From: an uncultured Acidobacteriota bacterium
GTDB taxonomy: Bacteria; Acidobacteriota; Thermoanaerobaculia; Multivoradales; SZUA-115
NCBI GenBank assembly: GCA_963805975.1
Contig: CAWDVR010000003.1
Span: forward strand, 96,001 to 160,000
Length of the DNA: 64,000 nt
Reading direction: 5' to 3'
Each line of letters opens with the position of its first letter. Position 1 is the stretch's first letter. The notes beneath the pieces are model-generated. The model saw only the letters and a list, made by a program, of their open reading frames with translations. It ran no database searches and was not told where the DNA came from. Position numbers and translations under genes: made by a program. This document shows positions 10,192-19,370 of the stretch, piece after piece.

Positions 10192-12265
10192 TCGCCACGA
10201 AGGTCACGTCGTCGTCCGGCAGGGCGCCCGCCTTGCGCTCGCTGACGGCGTGGGCGAGGTCGGCGATGAGCTCGGCCGGCTGCTTGGCTGCCGAGGCGGC
10301 GAAGATCGCCTGCGCCCGGCCGTAGCCGAGCGGCTCGCCGGCGGCGTCCCTGAGCTCCGGAAAGCCGTCGCTCATCAGCAACACGGTGTCGCCGGGGAAG
10401 AGCTCGGTCGTCACCTCGCAGTAGGCGCAGTCGGCGAGCGAGCCCAGGGGCAGGCCGGGAGCGGCGAGCTCCTCGACCGCGCCGGTCCCGGCCCGGTGGA
10501 CCAGCGCCGGCGGCATGCCGGCCGCGGCCAGGGTGAGCCGGCGGCCGTCGATCCTGGCGACCGTCAGGGCCATGGCCATGCGGCCGAGATCCATGCACTT
10601 GATCGCCCGGTTGGCCTCGGCGAGGAAGCTCGCGAGCGGCGTGCCGGCGGCGCGCGCCATGAACAGGCTCTTGGCCGCCGTCACCAGGGTGCCGGCGCGG
10701 GCGCCGTGGCCCGTCGCGTCGCCCACGGCGAGGGTGAAGGCGCCGTCCTCTCCCAACCGGAAGTCGTAGTAGTCGCCCCCCACCTCGGTCGCGGTGCGCA
10801 TGAAGACGGCGAGGTCCAGCCGCGGGTGCGCCGGGAGCTTCTTGGGCAGCAGCGAGAGCTGGAAGCGGCGCGCCTCCTCGAGCTCCGAGGTCTTGCGCTC
10901 GTTCTCGGTGGCGAGCAGCAGACGCTCGATCTCCCGCTCCTGGGCCAGCCGCTCCTGCTCGATCAACTGCCGCTGGTTCTCGGCCAGGTCGGCGGCCATG
11001 CGGTTGAAGGTGGAGGCGAGCTGGCCGACCTCGTCCCGGGTGCGGACCGGCACGCGCGCCTCGAGGTTGCCGGCGGCGAGGGCGCGGGCGCCGTCGGCCA
11101 AGTCCCTCAGCTCCCGGGTGATGCGCCGCGAGAGCGGCGCGATCCCCACCAGCGCGAAGCCGATCAGGCCCAGCCCGAGGATGAAGTTGCGGGCCGCGGT
11201 GCGCCGCAGCTCGACCAGCGACTTCTCGAGCGGGCTGGCGATGCCGAAGACCAGGCCGGACTCGGAGTCCTTGACCCTGGCGAGCACCCAATCGCCGGGC
11301 TCGCGCTCCTCCTCGCCGCCGCCCGCGGCGAGCGGCAGGGTCTTCAGGATCGCGGCGTCCTCGGGATCGGCGGTGTAGACGGCGCCGTCGCTGTCGAGCG
11401 CGAAGGGGATCTCACCGCGGTCGCGGCGGGAGAGGGCGAGCACTCCCTGCAAGAGCTGCTTGGCGCTCACCCGCGCCTCGAACGAGCCGATCTTCTTGCC
11501 GTGCTGCTCCACGGGGCAGTCGAAGTCGCGGCCCAGGAGCTTCTTGGTCTCCTCGGCCTTGGCGTCGAGCGCACGCCGGGCCTCCGGAGCCAGGCGGCTC
11601 GCGGACTCCATCCAGGGGAGGGCCAGGGCGACGCCCAGGGTCATGGCGGCCGGCGGAGCCTCCGGGGCAGGCGGGACCGCGGCGACGGCGGCACGCCGCG
11701 CGTCGCCAGCCCTCTCCCTGGCCAGGTGAACGGCCTCGCTGGTGTGCGCGGCGATGAGCTCCTGAAGCGCCGAGAGCTCGGCTTGGCGGCTCTCCGCCTC
11801 CTGACGGCGCCCCGCCGCTGCCAGGGAGTCCAGCCGGATCACTATGGGGCCGAGGGTCTTCGCCAGTGCCTCCGGCGCGGCGGCCGGGGCCGGCCGGACA
11901 GCAGGGCGCGGGGCCACGGGCGCCTCCGGCACCTGGGGAACGAACTCGATGGCCTCCACGAAAGGCGCTACCTCCCCGATGGCGACCTCCACCTGGCGCA
12001 GCAGGGCGGAGCGCTCCTCGCCCTCGACGCCCCCTTCCGCCAGCGCGCCGAGCGGCAGGCGCCCGAGCTGGCGCACCCGGCGGGCGAGATCGTTCTTCAC
12101 CAGGCTCATGCGCTGGCCCATCTCGTCGGCGAGCGCCGTCGACTCCTCGAACGCCACCCGGCGCGCGGCCGCGGTCGAGCTGACGTAGGAGTAGACGACC
12201 AGCGCCGACAGCGGCGCCACCGACAGCAGCAGAAAGGCCAGGATCAGCTTGGTTCGCAGGCTCAT
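10172..12265 (-). CDS. Membrane HAMP + SpoIIE/PP2C (RsbU-like) serine phosphatase
   Basis: Two TMs, HAMP (RTRDEVGQLASTFNRM), EVGGDYYD, VGDATGHG, LLMSDG, DDVT. Confidence 0.93.
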   Translation of the reverse strand: MSLRTKLILAFLLLSVAPLSALVVYSYVSSTAAARRVAFEESTALADEMGQRMSLVKNDLARRVRQLGRLPLGALAEGGVEGEERSALLRQVEVAIGEVAPFVEAIEFVPQVPEAPVAPRPAVRPAPAAAPEALAKTLGPIVIRLDSLAAAGRRQEAESRQAELSALQELIAAHTSEAVHLARERAGDARRAAVAAVPPAPEAPPAAMTLGVALALPWMESASRLAPEARRALDAKAEETKKLLGRDFDCPVEQHGKKIGSFEARVSAKQLLQGVLALSRRDRGEIPFALDSDGAVYTADPEDAAILKTLPLAAGGGEEEREPGDWVLARVKDSESGLVFGIASPLEKSLVELRRTAARNFILGLGLIGFALVGIAPLSRRITRELRDLADGARALAAGNLEARVPVRTRDEVGQLASTFNRMAADLAENQRQLIEQERLAQEREIERLLLATENERKTSELEEARRFQLSLLPKKLPAHPRLDLAVFMRTATEVGGDYYDFRLGEDGAFTLAVGDATGHGARAGTLVTAAKSLFMARAAGTPLASFLAEANRAIKCMDLGRMAMALTVARIDGRRLTLAAAGMPPALVHRAGTGAVEELAAPGLPLGSLADCAYCEVTTELFPGDTVLLMSDGFPELRDAAGEPLGYGRAQAIFAASAAKQPAELIADLAHAVSERKAGALPDDDVTFVAIKVRAV

Positions 12266-12359
12266 GGTGACGAGAGGGGAGGGCCCGGCAAGGAGCCGGA
12301 GCCCAGGCCCTAGGATACGGCGAGAGCCGGCGCAGGTTGCAGAGCGGGCCGCGCCGACC

Positions 12360-13127
12360 CTAGCTTCGGAGCTTGAAGTTGACCGTCAGGGTGTAGAACA
12401 CGCGGACGGGCCTGCCCTGGTAGGTCGAGGGCTTGAAGCGCCAGCGCTTGAAGGCCTGGAGACTGGCGAGGACCATGGTCAGCTCGCCCTTGGACTCCAG
12501 GATGACCGGGCTCTCGACACTTCCGTCGGTGTCGACGATCGCCTGCACGAGCACCGAGACCTCGGTCTCCTGCTGGCGCTTGGCCTCCGGGAACTTGGGC
12601 AGCGGCGTCTTGAGCTTCTCGGGCGCGGTCACTGCTCCTGGATCGACGCCGGAACGGTCGAGGACGTCTGCCGAGGGCTCCTCGAACGTGTGCGGCGGGC
12701 TGGCGGTCAGGGGCTTCGTCACGTCGCCAAACTTGGCAAGGTCGAAGCGGGCGGCGTCGGGGAAGAGCTGCTGCGCGGTTTGCCAGTCCCACAGCGCAGC
12801 GCGAAGGTCTCCCACGCCCGCCTCGGCCACCGCGAGGTAGGTCAGCACGCTGGCGAGCGCGGCCCCCACGTCCTCGCCGGAGACGATGGACTGCGTCATG
12901 TCGTCGAGCAACCTCTCGGCCCGGCGCCGTGCCTTCTCCCACTCACCGCGGCCCAGGTTCTCGTCGATGTCACGGGCCCTCTCGGCCCAGAGCCTGGCGT
13001 AGGAATTGGTGGCCGTCGGTGCCGCAGCCAGCGCAGGGGCCGCGAGGAGCGCAAGGAGACCGAGCACGGCCACCGGCTTGCGGCGGCTCTGCGGGCGGCG
13101 TTCAGCCCCGGGTCCTCTGCCGGTCAC
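12360..13127 (-). CDS. TonB C-terminal domain protein with signal peptide
   Basis: Signal-like N-terminus; C-terminal PKFPEAKR..VLVQAIVDTDGSV...WRFKPSTYQGRPVRVFYTLTVNF. Confidence 0.85.
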   Translation of the reverse strand: MTGRGPGAERRPQSRRKPVAVLGLLALLAAPALAAAPTATNSYARLWAERARDIDENLGRGEWEKARRRAERLLDDMTQSIVSGEDVGAALASVLTYLAVAEAGVGDLRAALWDWQTAQQLFPDAARFDLAKFGDVTKPLTASPPHTFEEPSADVLDRSGVDPGAVTAPEKLKTPLPKFPEAKRQQETEVSVLVQAIVDTDGSVESPVILESKGELTMVLASLQAFKRWRFKPSTYQGRPVRVFYTLTVNFKLRS

Positions 13128-13128
13128 C

Positions 13129-14874
13129 TCAGTACCTCCAGCTCTTGAGGTCCGCTCCCGGCGGGGCGGACTCCTCGATGCGCTTCAGGATCTTCGGCAG
13201 GTACATCGTGTTGTAGCGCAGCCGGGAGAGGTAGTTGGGGTTCTCGTGGTCGCCGTTCCAGCAGTGCTCGGCGCGGTCGCCGTAGTCGACCTCGCCGCCG
13301 TAGTACGGCTCGGTAGTCTTCTCCAGGAAGTCTTCCATCAGGTAGACGGCGTTGTTCAGGTAGTAGTTGTCCATGTCGCCGCAGTAGATGTGGATCTTGC
13401 CCTCGACCTTGGGCCCGAGCTTCGCCCAGTCGCGCTCCAGGATGTGGCGGAGGTCGTAGTTCTCCCGCCAGTACGCGGCCACCGTGGGGTCGATGGCGCC
13501 GCTGCGCTTGTCCCAGATGCGTTTCGGGTAGCCGTCCGAACCGACCGGCGAGTACACGGCTTCCCAGATGTCGAACTGGTCGCCCGAGCGGCTCTTCTCG
13601 CCCAGCACCAGCTCCAGGTGGTTGTAGTCCTCGAGCGTCGCGTCCACTTGGCCGAGATAGTTGCGGTGGCCGGGTCGCTTCACGGTGTTGAAGTCGCCCC
13701 GCCGGTAGTAGGCGTTGTCGTCCCGGTAGAGATCGACCACCGTATAGGCGCGGAAGTCGATGGGGTCCGGGCAGGCGGCGAAGCAGCCGTTGTACATCTC
13801 GGGGTAGAAGACCTGCGTCGCGAGCGCCTCCCAGCCGCCCGTCGAGCCGCCATAGGTGAAGCGCGCCCAACCTTCGCCCAGGCCGCGGAACCGGCGCTCG
13901 ATCTCCGGGATCAGCTCGTGGTTGATGGCGTCGCCGTAGGGGCCGAGGTTGGCCGAGTTCACGGCGTAGGAGTCGTCGTAGTAGGGGTTGGCGTGCTGGA
14001 TCTCGACGATCAACAGGCGCGGGAAGCCGGGGCCCGTCCACTTCTTGTAAAAGTCATGGGCCTCCTGCTGCTGGATGCGGTTGTAGCCGCTGATGCCGAA
14101 GCGCGCGTTTTGGTCCGGCTCGAGGTTGGGGTCGGGCGGTTCAACGCGGAAGCCGCCGAAATCCTCCGGGAAGTGGCCGTGGAAGACCACCAGCGGGTAG
14201 CGCGCCTCCGGGTGCTCGTCGAAGCCTTCCGGCAGCAGCACGTGCGCGCCGAGGTGCATGGGCCGGCCCCAGAATGCGGAGAGCAGCTTGCTCTCCAGCT
14301 TGATGTGGCGCACGTACTTCGTGTCCTTGGGCTGCTCGATCGGTGGGATCGCCGATTCGAGCTTCAGGGCCACCGTGCCGCCTCGCGCCGGATCGATCTT
14401 CACCGGCAAGGGCTTGGACAAGAGGTTTCCCGGAGCCAGATTCCAGTGCTGGCCCTCGCCGCGGTCCATGGGGAGCTTCACCACGTGGCCGTCCGCGCGG
14501 TGGAAGGTCTCATAGCGGTGGAGAACCGCCTGCACCACGTAGTCCCCGGCCGCCAGGCTCCCGAGGCTCGCCACCGGAGAGCCGAAGACCGTCTCGTCGA
14601 CGATCGCTGCTTTCTCCGCCTTCCAGCCGTCGACGTCGATCCCCAGCACCTGGATCGCCCCGACCCCCGCCGTCACCTGGAAGCGCGGCTCGGGCTCGGC
14701 CTCCCTGGTGATCAGCACCAGCAGCCGCCCGTCGAGCGGCGCCGATGAAAGGGCGGGATCGTAGGTGACGGCGAAGCGCAGGCTGTCGTCGGCCGCGGCG
14801 ACGGGCATTACGGCGGCGAGGAGCAGAGCAAGAAATGGAAGCGAGGATGGAGAGAAGCATGGAACACGAGACAT
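13129..14874 (-). CDS. Exported alpha/beta-hydrolase (putative esterase)
   Basis: Signal peptide; VLLPEGFD..YPLVV, nucleophile elbow YGGSTGGW, CGDMD, EHCW. Confidence 0.78.
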   Translation of the reverse strand: MSRVPCFSPSSLPFLALLLAAVMPVAAADDSLRFAVTYDPALSSAPLDGRLLVLITREAEPEPRFQVTAGVGAIQVLGIDVDGWKAEKAAIVDETVFGSPVASLGSLAAGDYVVQAVLHRYETFHRADGHVVKLPMDRGEGQHWNLAPGNLLSKPLPVKIDPARGGTVALKLESAIPPIEQPKDTKYVRHIKLESKLLSAFWGRPMHLGAHVLLPEGFDEHPEARYPLVVFHGHFPEDFGGFRVEPPDPNLEPDQNARFGISGYNRIQQQEAHDFYKKWTGPGFPRLLIVEIQHANPYYDDSYAVNSANLGPYGDAINHELIPEIERRFRGLGEGWARFTYGGSTGGWEALATQVFYPEMYNGCFAACPDPIDFRAYTVVDLYRDDNAYYRRGDFNTVKRPGHRNYLGQVDATLEDYNHLELVLGEKSRSGDQFDIWEAVYSPVGSDGYPKRIWDKRSGAIDPTVAAYWRENYDLRHILERDWAKLGPKVEGKIHIYCGDMDNYYLNNAVYLMEDFLEKTTEPYYGGEVDYGDRAEHCWNGDHENPNYLSRLRYNTMYLPKILKRIEESAPPGADLKSWRY

Positions 14875-14928
14875 GACGGTCTCCTGGGCACTGCAGTCTC
14901 GGCTACGTTGAGGAACGGTCGCAATGAA

Positions 14929-15330
14929 TCAACCCAGAAGCGTGAACCCCGGCTGGCCAGCCAACTCGCGATCAAACGTGAAGGTGGTCCGCGCTTCCTG
15001 TGTCTGGGCAGTGATGCCGATCAGGTAGTCAGCAAAGCTGGCCCTGCCATCCTCAAAATGGTTCAGAGCCCGACCGATGGCAGGCCGATCCTCGAAAGCA
15101 AAGACTGGGTCTTCCAAGAACCCTTGGATCGCGGCCGAGATGTCTTTGCGCTTGGCACGGTAGGTTTTGGTCAAGACCCATTCGATCTCGCACAGGACCG
15201 GATCGCTGATCAGACAGGACTCGCCCTGTTCCCGTGCGTCCTGGAGCAGGCGATCGGCGACCTCCTTTTGGCGGAGGTCATCATGGACAAGGAGGCGCAG
15301 CAGGACGTTGGTATCGACTGCGATCATCAA
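14929..15330 (-). CDS. vapC: VapC-type PIN domain toxin
   Basis: IAVDTNVLLR, VLCEIEWVL, SFADYLI, TFTFDR; overlaps the antitoxin gene by 4 bp. Confidence 0.92.
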   Translation of the reverse strand: MMIAVDTNVLLRLLVHDDLRQKEVADRLLQDAREQGESCLISDPVLCEIEWVLTKTYRAKRKDISAAIQGFLEDPVFAFEDRPAIGRALNHFEDGRASFADYLIGITAQTQEARTTFTFDRELAGQPGFTLLG

Positions 15331-15623
15331 ACGTCCCTATCAGGGTCGAAGCTCCCTTTGGTTCGGATCGCATCGGCCTTGCGGGACAAGTATTCGGCGA
15401 TACCTTTGTCCATCTCCTCGATGGTCACGGCTTTCGTGGGAGCCAGATGCCTGAGCAGGCCGGAGATCCGCGGACCGGCGCTCTTTGCCAACGGCTCGAG
15501 GAACAGGCGTCCCTGCTCGTCGAAGCGAAAAGTGAGGCGGTCGCCCTGCGAGACGCCAAGCCGTTCCCGGACTTCCCTGGGGACGGTGAGCTGGCCTTTC
15601 GAAGTTAGGGTGCTGGCAGGCAT
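15327..15623 (-). CDS. AbrB/MazE/SpoVT-family antitoxin
   Basis: STLTSKGQLTVPREVRERLGVSQGDRLTF. Confidence 0.92.
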   Translation of the reverse strand: MPASTLTSKGQLTVPREVRERLGVSQGDRLTFRFDEQGRLFLEPLAKSAGPRISGLLRHLAPTKAVTIEEMDKGIAEYLSRKADAIRTKGSFDPDRDV

Positions 15624-15627
15624 GATA

Positions 15628-15670
15628 CCTCCTTACGAAAGGCGAGGTTATCGCTCTCCTCGTAAGGAGG
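15628..15670 (-). promoter_or_regulatory. Perfect 11-bp inverted repeat (candidate TA operator or RBS-sequestering hairpin)
   Basis: CCTCCTTACGA (15628-15638) and TCGTAAGGAGG (15660-15670). The proximal arm is the AAGGAGG RBS of the antitoxin on the minus strand. Confidence 0.7.
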
Positions 15671-15705
15671 CAAGGAGGGGCGCGGAGCCCTGCCGAATGA
15701 AGCGC

Positions 15706-15984
15706 TCAGCCGCCCCGATCGCCGCGGCGCTGCGGCTGGTTGGTGGGCACGTGACCGTGGGTGGCGCCGGGGTGGACGCCGCCACCGGTGCCCTCGGGCC
15801 GCTGCCCATGCTGGGCCTCGCCGGTCAGCTCGATCGCTCCGGCCGCGATCAGCTCCTGGACCGCGGGGTGGTCGACGGCGTTCTGTGTGATCTGCCCGCT
15901 CTTGTTGGGCCCGAGAAAGAGGGCCTTGCCCAGCGGCAGAGGCACGCGGACCGGTTTGTGGCTGGTGTTGCGGATCGTCGCCAT
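15706..15984 (-). CDS. Small hypothetical protein
   Basis: 92-aa ORF with a GGAG RBS just after the TPR gene stop and plausible codon usage. Confidence 0.7.
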   Translation of the reverse strand: MATIRNTSHKPVRVPLPLGKALFLGPNKSGQITQNAVDHPAVQELIAAGAIELTGEAQHGQRPEGTGGGVHPGATHGHVPTNQPQRRGDRGG

Positions 15985-15996
15985 GGATAGTGTCTC

Positions 15997-17607
15997 CTAC
16001 GAGCCTTCCTGCAGACGTTTCAGGTTCTGGGCGGCGAGCGCGTCCTGAGGGTTGATCTGGAGCACGCGCTCGAGGAGCTTCTTCGCCTCGGCAAGCTCCT
16101 TCCGGTTCATGAGCAGCACGGCGAGGTCGTTCATGGCCGCCGGATGGTCCGGCGCCAGCACCAGCGCCTGGCGCAGGTCCTGCTCGCCACCGGCCGTGTC
16201 GCCGCGGCCCATGCGCAGGGCCCCACGCTGGTAGATGGCGTCGGCGTTGCCGGGGAACTGGGACACCAGGCCCTCGGCCATGGAGAGTGCCTCGTCATTG
16301 CGATTGAGCGAGAGCAGAACGCGCACCGCGACAAAGCGCGGGCGGGGGTCGGCGGGCACGCGCAGGGCCTCGTTGCGGGCGAGCTCGAGTGCCCGCTCCG
16401 GCTCGCCGGCGTTCAGGGCCTCCATCAGCGGCCCGAGGTTGGCACCGCCAGGGGTAGCCGCCTGCGAGGCTGCGAGCGCCTTCTCCTGCGCTTCGACGAG
16501 CTGTTTCGCCCGCGTCCTGGCGAGGTCGGCCTTCTGGGTCTCGCCGAGACTGGTCTGCGCCTCGGCCAGGGTCTGCCAGGCCTGGAGGCTCGCCGGGTTC
16601 AAGGCCACGGCGCGCTCGAGCGCCGTAGCCCCTTCACGGGAGCGGCCGGAGGCCACCAGAGTGCGGCCGTAGTCGAGCAGGATGGCGCTGGCGAAGGGGG
16701 ACGCACGGTTCGGGTTGGGGGAGCCGAGAACCTCCTCGGCGAACGGCTTGAGCACCGTGGCCGCTTCTCCCAGCCGGCCGGCCAGGCGCAGCGCGCGAGC
16801 GAGGAGCAGCGAGAGCTGCGGGTCCTGCCCCACCTTGCCGGTGAGCAGCTTGATGGCGGAGCCGGGGTCGTTGCCGGCCAGGTAGGCCTCGGCCGCCAGC
16901 CCTCGCGCATCGCTCGACAGGCCGCCCTCGTCCTTCTCGAGCAGGGGCTTCAGGAGCTCGAGCGCCGCCGCGCGGTCACCCTGGGCGTAGACCAGCTCGG
17001 CCTTCAGCAGCCGCGTGGCCGCGGCGCCCTCGGGCAGGCCGGCGATCAACCGTTCCGCCGCCGCAGTGCGGCCCATGAGCAGCGCGGCCTGCGTCGCGGC
17101 GAAGCGGGCCTCGGTGTCCTGCGGCTGCGACTCGACCCACGGGCCGAGGTACGCCAGGACGTCGCCGAGGCGGCCCTGGCGCTGGCGCAGGAGGCCGAGC
17201 TCGCGTGCCGCCGGCGACAGCGGCGCGAGCGCCGCCGAACGCTCGAGCAGGGGCTCCGCCTTGGCCTGCTGGCCGGCAGTCGCGGCGGCGCGGGCGGTGT
17301 GGAAGAGCACCGCGGGGTCCGGGTTGGGCGCCGCCGCCAGGGGCTCGAGCACCGCGAGCGCCTTCACGGCATCACCGCTCTCGAGGTAGAGGATGCCGAG
17401 CAGAGCGAGCGCCGGCCCGGGTGCCTGGGGATCGCGGCGGAGCGGCTCGAGCAGAGCGATCGCCGCCTGGGGCCGGCCGGCCTCGGTCTCTGCGAGCGCG
17501 CGGTCGAGGATCGTGGTGGGTTCCGAGGTGGGCGCCTGAGCGGCGGCGGGCACCCACGAGGCGGCGGACGAGAGCGTGGCGAGGAGGAAGACGAGAAGTC
17601 GGCTCAT
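15997..17607 (-). CDS. Exported tetratricopeptide repeat protein
   Basis: Signal peptide and many TPR-like helical repeats (e.g. ALVLAPDHPAAMNDLAVLL). Confidence 0.88.
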   Translation of the reverse strand: MSRLLVFLLATLSSAASWVPAAAQAPTSEPTTILDRALAETEAGRPQAAIALLEPLRRDPQAPGPALALLGILYLESGDAVKALAVLEPLAAAPNPDPAVLFHTARAAATAGQQAKAEPLLERSAALAPLSPAARELGLLRQRQGRLGDVLAYLGPWVESQPQDTEARFAATQAALLMGRTAAAERLIAGLPEGAAATRLLKAELVYAQGDRAAALELLKPLLEKDEGGLSSDARGLAAEAYLAGNDPGSAIKLLTGKVGQDPQLSLLLARALRLAGRLGEAATVLKPFAEEVLGSPNPNRASPFASAILLDYGRTLVASGRSREGATALERAVALNPASLQAWQTLAEAQTSLGETQKADLARTRAKQLVEAQEKALAASQAATPGGANLGPLMEALNAGEPERALELARNEALRVPADPRPRFVAVRVLLSLNRNDEALSMAEGLVSQFPGNADAIYQRGALRMGRGDTAGGEQDLRQALVLAPDHPAAMNDLAVLLMNRKELAEAKKLLERVLQINPQDALAAQNLKRLQEGS

Positions 17608-17699
17608 CGCACGATTGTAGCCAGTTTGACGGCGGGGGGCCCGCAGGTGGGCCTCGGTTCGCCAAGACCTGGCGGCGCGGTCGATATACTGCCGGCACG

Positions 17700-19370
17700 A
17701 TGGCGGCCTCCTGCTCTCTTGCCGGCCTGTCCTCGACGGCGGTCCTCGCTTGGACCCTGCTGGCGGCGACTCCCGGCTCGGCCGCGATCCGCTTTCGGGA
17801 AGCGTCCGAGCCCTGGGGCCTGCGCTTCCGTCATCACAACGGCAGCTCCGGGAAGCTCTTCCTGATGGAGACCTTCGGCTCCGGCGTGGTGCTCTTCGAC
17901 TACGACGGGGACGGCGACGACGACGTCCTCTTCGTCGACAGTGGTGCTTTGCCCGGTTATACGGGCGAGCCCGGGCGCACGGTGCTCTACCGTAACGACC
18001 GCGGCGCGGACGGCAGCCCCCGCTTCGTGGACGTGACGGCGCAGGCCGGGGTGGTGCTGCCCAGCTACGGCATGGGAGCGGTCGCCGGGGACGTGGACAG
18101 CGACGGGGATCTCGACCTCTTCCTCACCGCCTACGGCCCCAATGCCTTGCTGCGCAACGAGGGCGATGGGACGTTCCGGGACGTGACCGTCGCCGCCGGG
18201 GTGGGCGCTTCGTCCTGGAGCACCTCCGCCGCGTTCGCCGACGTGGATGGTGACGGGGACCTCGATCTCTATGTCGCGAGCTATGTGCAGTTCTCGCTCG
18301 AGACGTTCCCGGTCTGCGGCGAGACGGAGAGCGGGCTGCGTTCCTACTGCCATCCGGCAATCTTCCCCGGCCTTCCCGACCGCTTCTACCGCAACCGCGG
18401 CGACGGCACTTTCGAGGACCGGACGACGGCCGCGGGCTTCCCGGCCGACGAGGGCAAGGGGCTGGGCGTGGTCTTCGGCGACCTCGACCGCGACGGCTGG
18501 CAGGATTTCTACGTCGCCAACGACACGACGCCCAACTTTCTCTACCACAACCGCGGCGACGGCACCTTCGAGGACATGGCTTTCCTCGGCGGCACGGCGA
18601 TCAACACCGAGGGCAAGGCCGAGGCGGGGATGGGGGTCGACGTTCACGACCTCGACGGCGACGGGCTGTCGGAGATCGTGGTCACCAACTTCGACATGGA
18701 AACCAACTCGCTGTGGGGAAACCTCGGGGACAATCTGTTCACCGACCGCCGCTTCCTCGCCCGGATCGCCGGGCCGTCGCTCTACAAGGTGGGGTTCGGG
18801 GTGGCCTTCGCCGACCTCGACCTCGACGCGGATGCCGATCTCGCGATCGCCAACGGCCATATCCTGCCCAACATCGAGCAGTTCCCGGACAAGAAGGGCA
18901 ACACCTACCGGCAGGCTAACCAGGTCCTGGAGAACGAGGGAGACGGCCGCTTCCGCGAGGAAAAGGAAGCGGGCTTGACGGTGATCCGGTCGAGCCGCGG
19001 TCTCGCCGTGGGAGATCTCGACGGGGATGGGGACGGGGACCTCGTGATCACCAACTCGGACGAGCCGGCCGAGGTCTACGACAACATCTCGTCGCCCACC
19101 GGCCGCTGGCTCGCCGTGGCCCTCGCCGCCCCGAGCGGCAACCGCTTCGGGATCGGCGCCGCGCTGGAGCTCGACCTCGGGGCGAAGAAGCAGTTCGGAG
19201 AGGTACGGACCTCGTCGTCCTACCTTTCCCAGAACGAGCTCGCCGTGCGCTTCGGGCTCGGTGCTGCGGCGCGCGTCGACCTGGAGGTGCGCTGGCCGGA
19301 CGGCCGCAGGCAGCGCCTGCTCGGCCTGCCGCAGAACGCCCGGGTGCAGATCGTGCGGGATCCGCGCTAG
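17700..19370 (+). CDS. CRTAC1 / ASPIC-UnbV family protein with FG-GAP repeats
   Basis: Repeated DxDGDGDxD motifs, YRNRGDGTF, SSRGLAVGD, C-terminal GNRFGIGA...SYLSQN...FGLG...VRWPDG. Confidence 0.92.
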   Translation: MAASCSLAGLSSTAVLAWTLLAATPGSAAIRFREASEPWGLRFRHHNGSSGKLFLMETFGSGVVLFDYDGDGDDDVLFVDSGALPGYTGEPGRTVLYRNDRGADGSPRFVDVTAQAGVVLPSYGMGAVAGDVDSDGDLDLFLTAYGPNALLRNEGDGTFRDVTVAAGVGASSWSTSAAFADVDGDGDLDLYVASYVQFSLETFPVCGETESGLRSYCHPAIFPGLPDRFYRNRGDGTFEDRTTAAGFPADEGKGLGVVFGDLDRDGWQDFYVANDTTPNFLYHNRGDGTFEDMAFLGGTAINTEGKAEAGMGVDVHDLDGDGLSEIVVTNFDMETNSLWGNLGDNLFTDRRFLARIAGPSLYKVGFGVAFADLDLDADADLAIANGHILPNIEQFPDKKGNTYRQANQVLENEGDGRFREEKEAGLTVIRSSRGLAVGDLDGDGDGDLVITNSDEPAEVYDNISSPTGRWLAVALAAPSGNRFGIGAALELDLGAKKQFGEVRTSSSYLSQNELAVRFGLGAAARVDLEVRWPDGRRQRLLGLPQNARVQIVRDPR

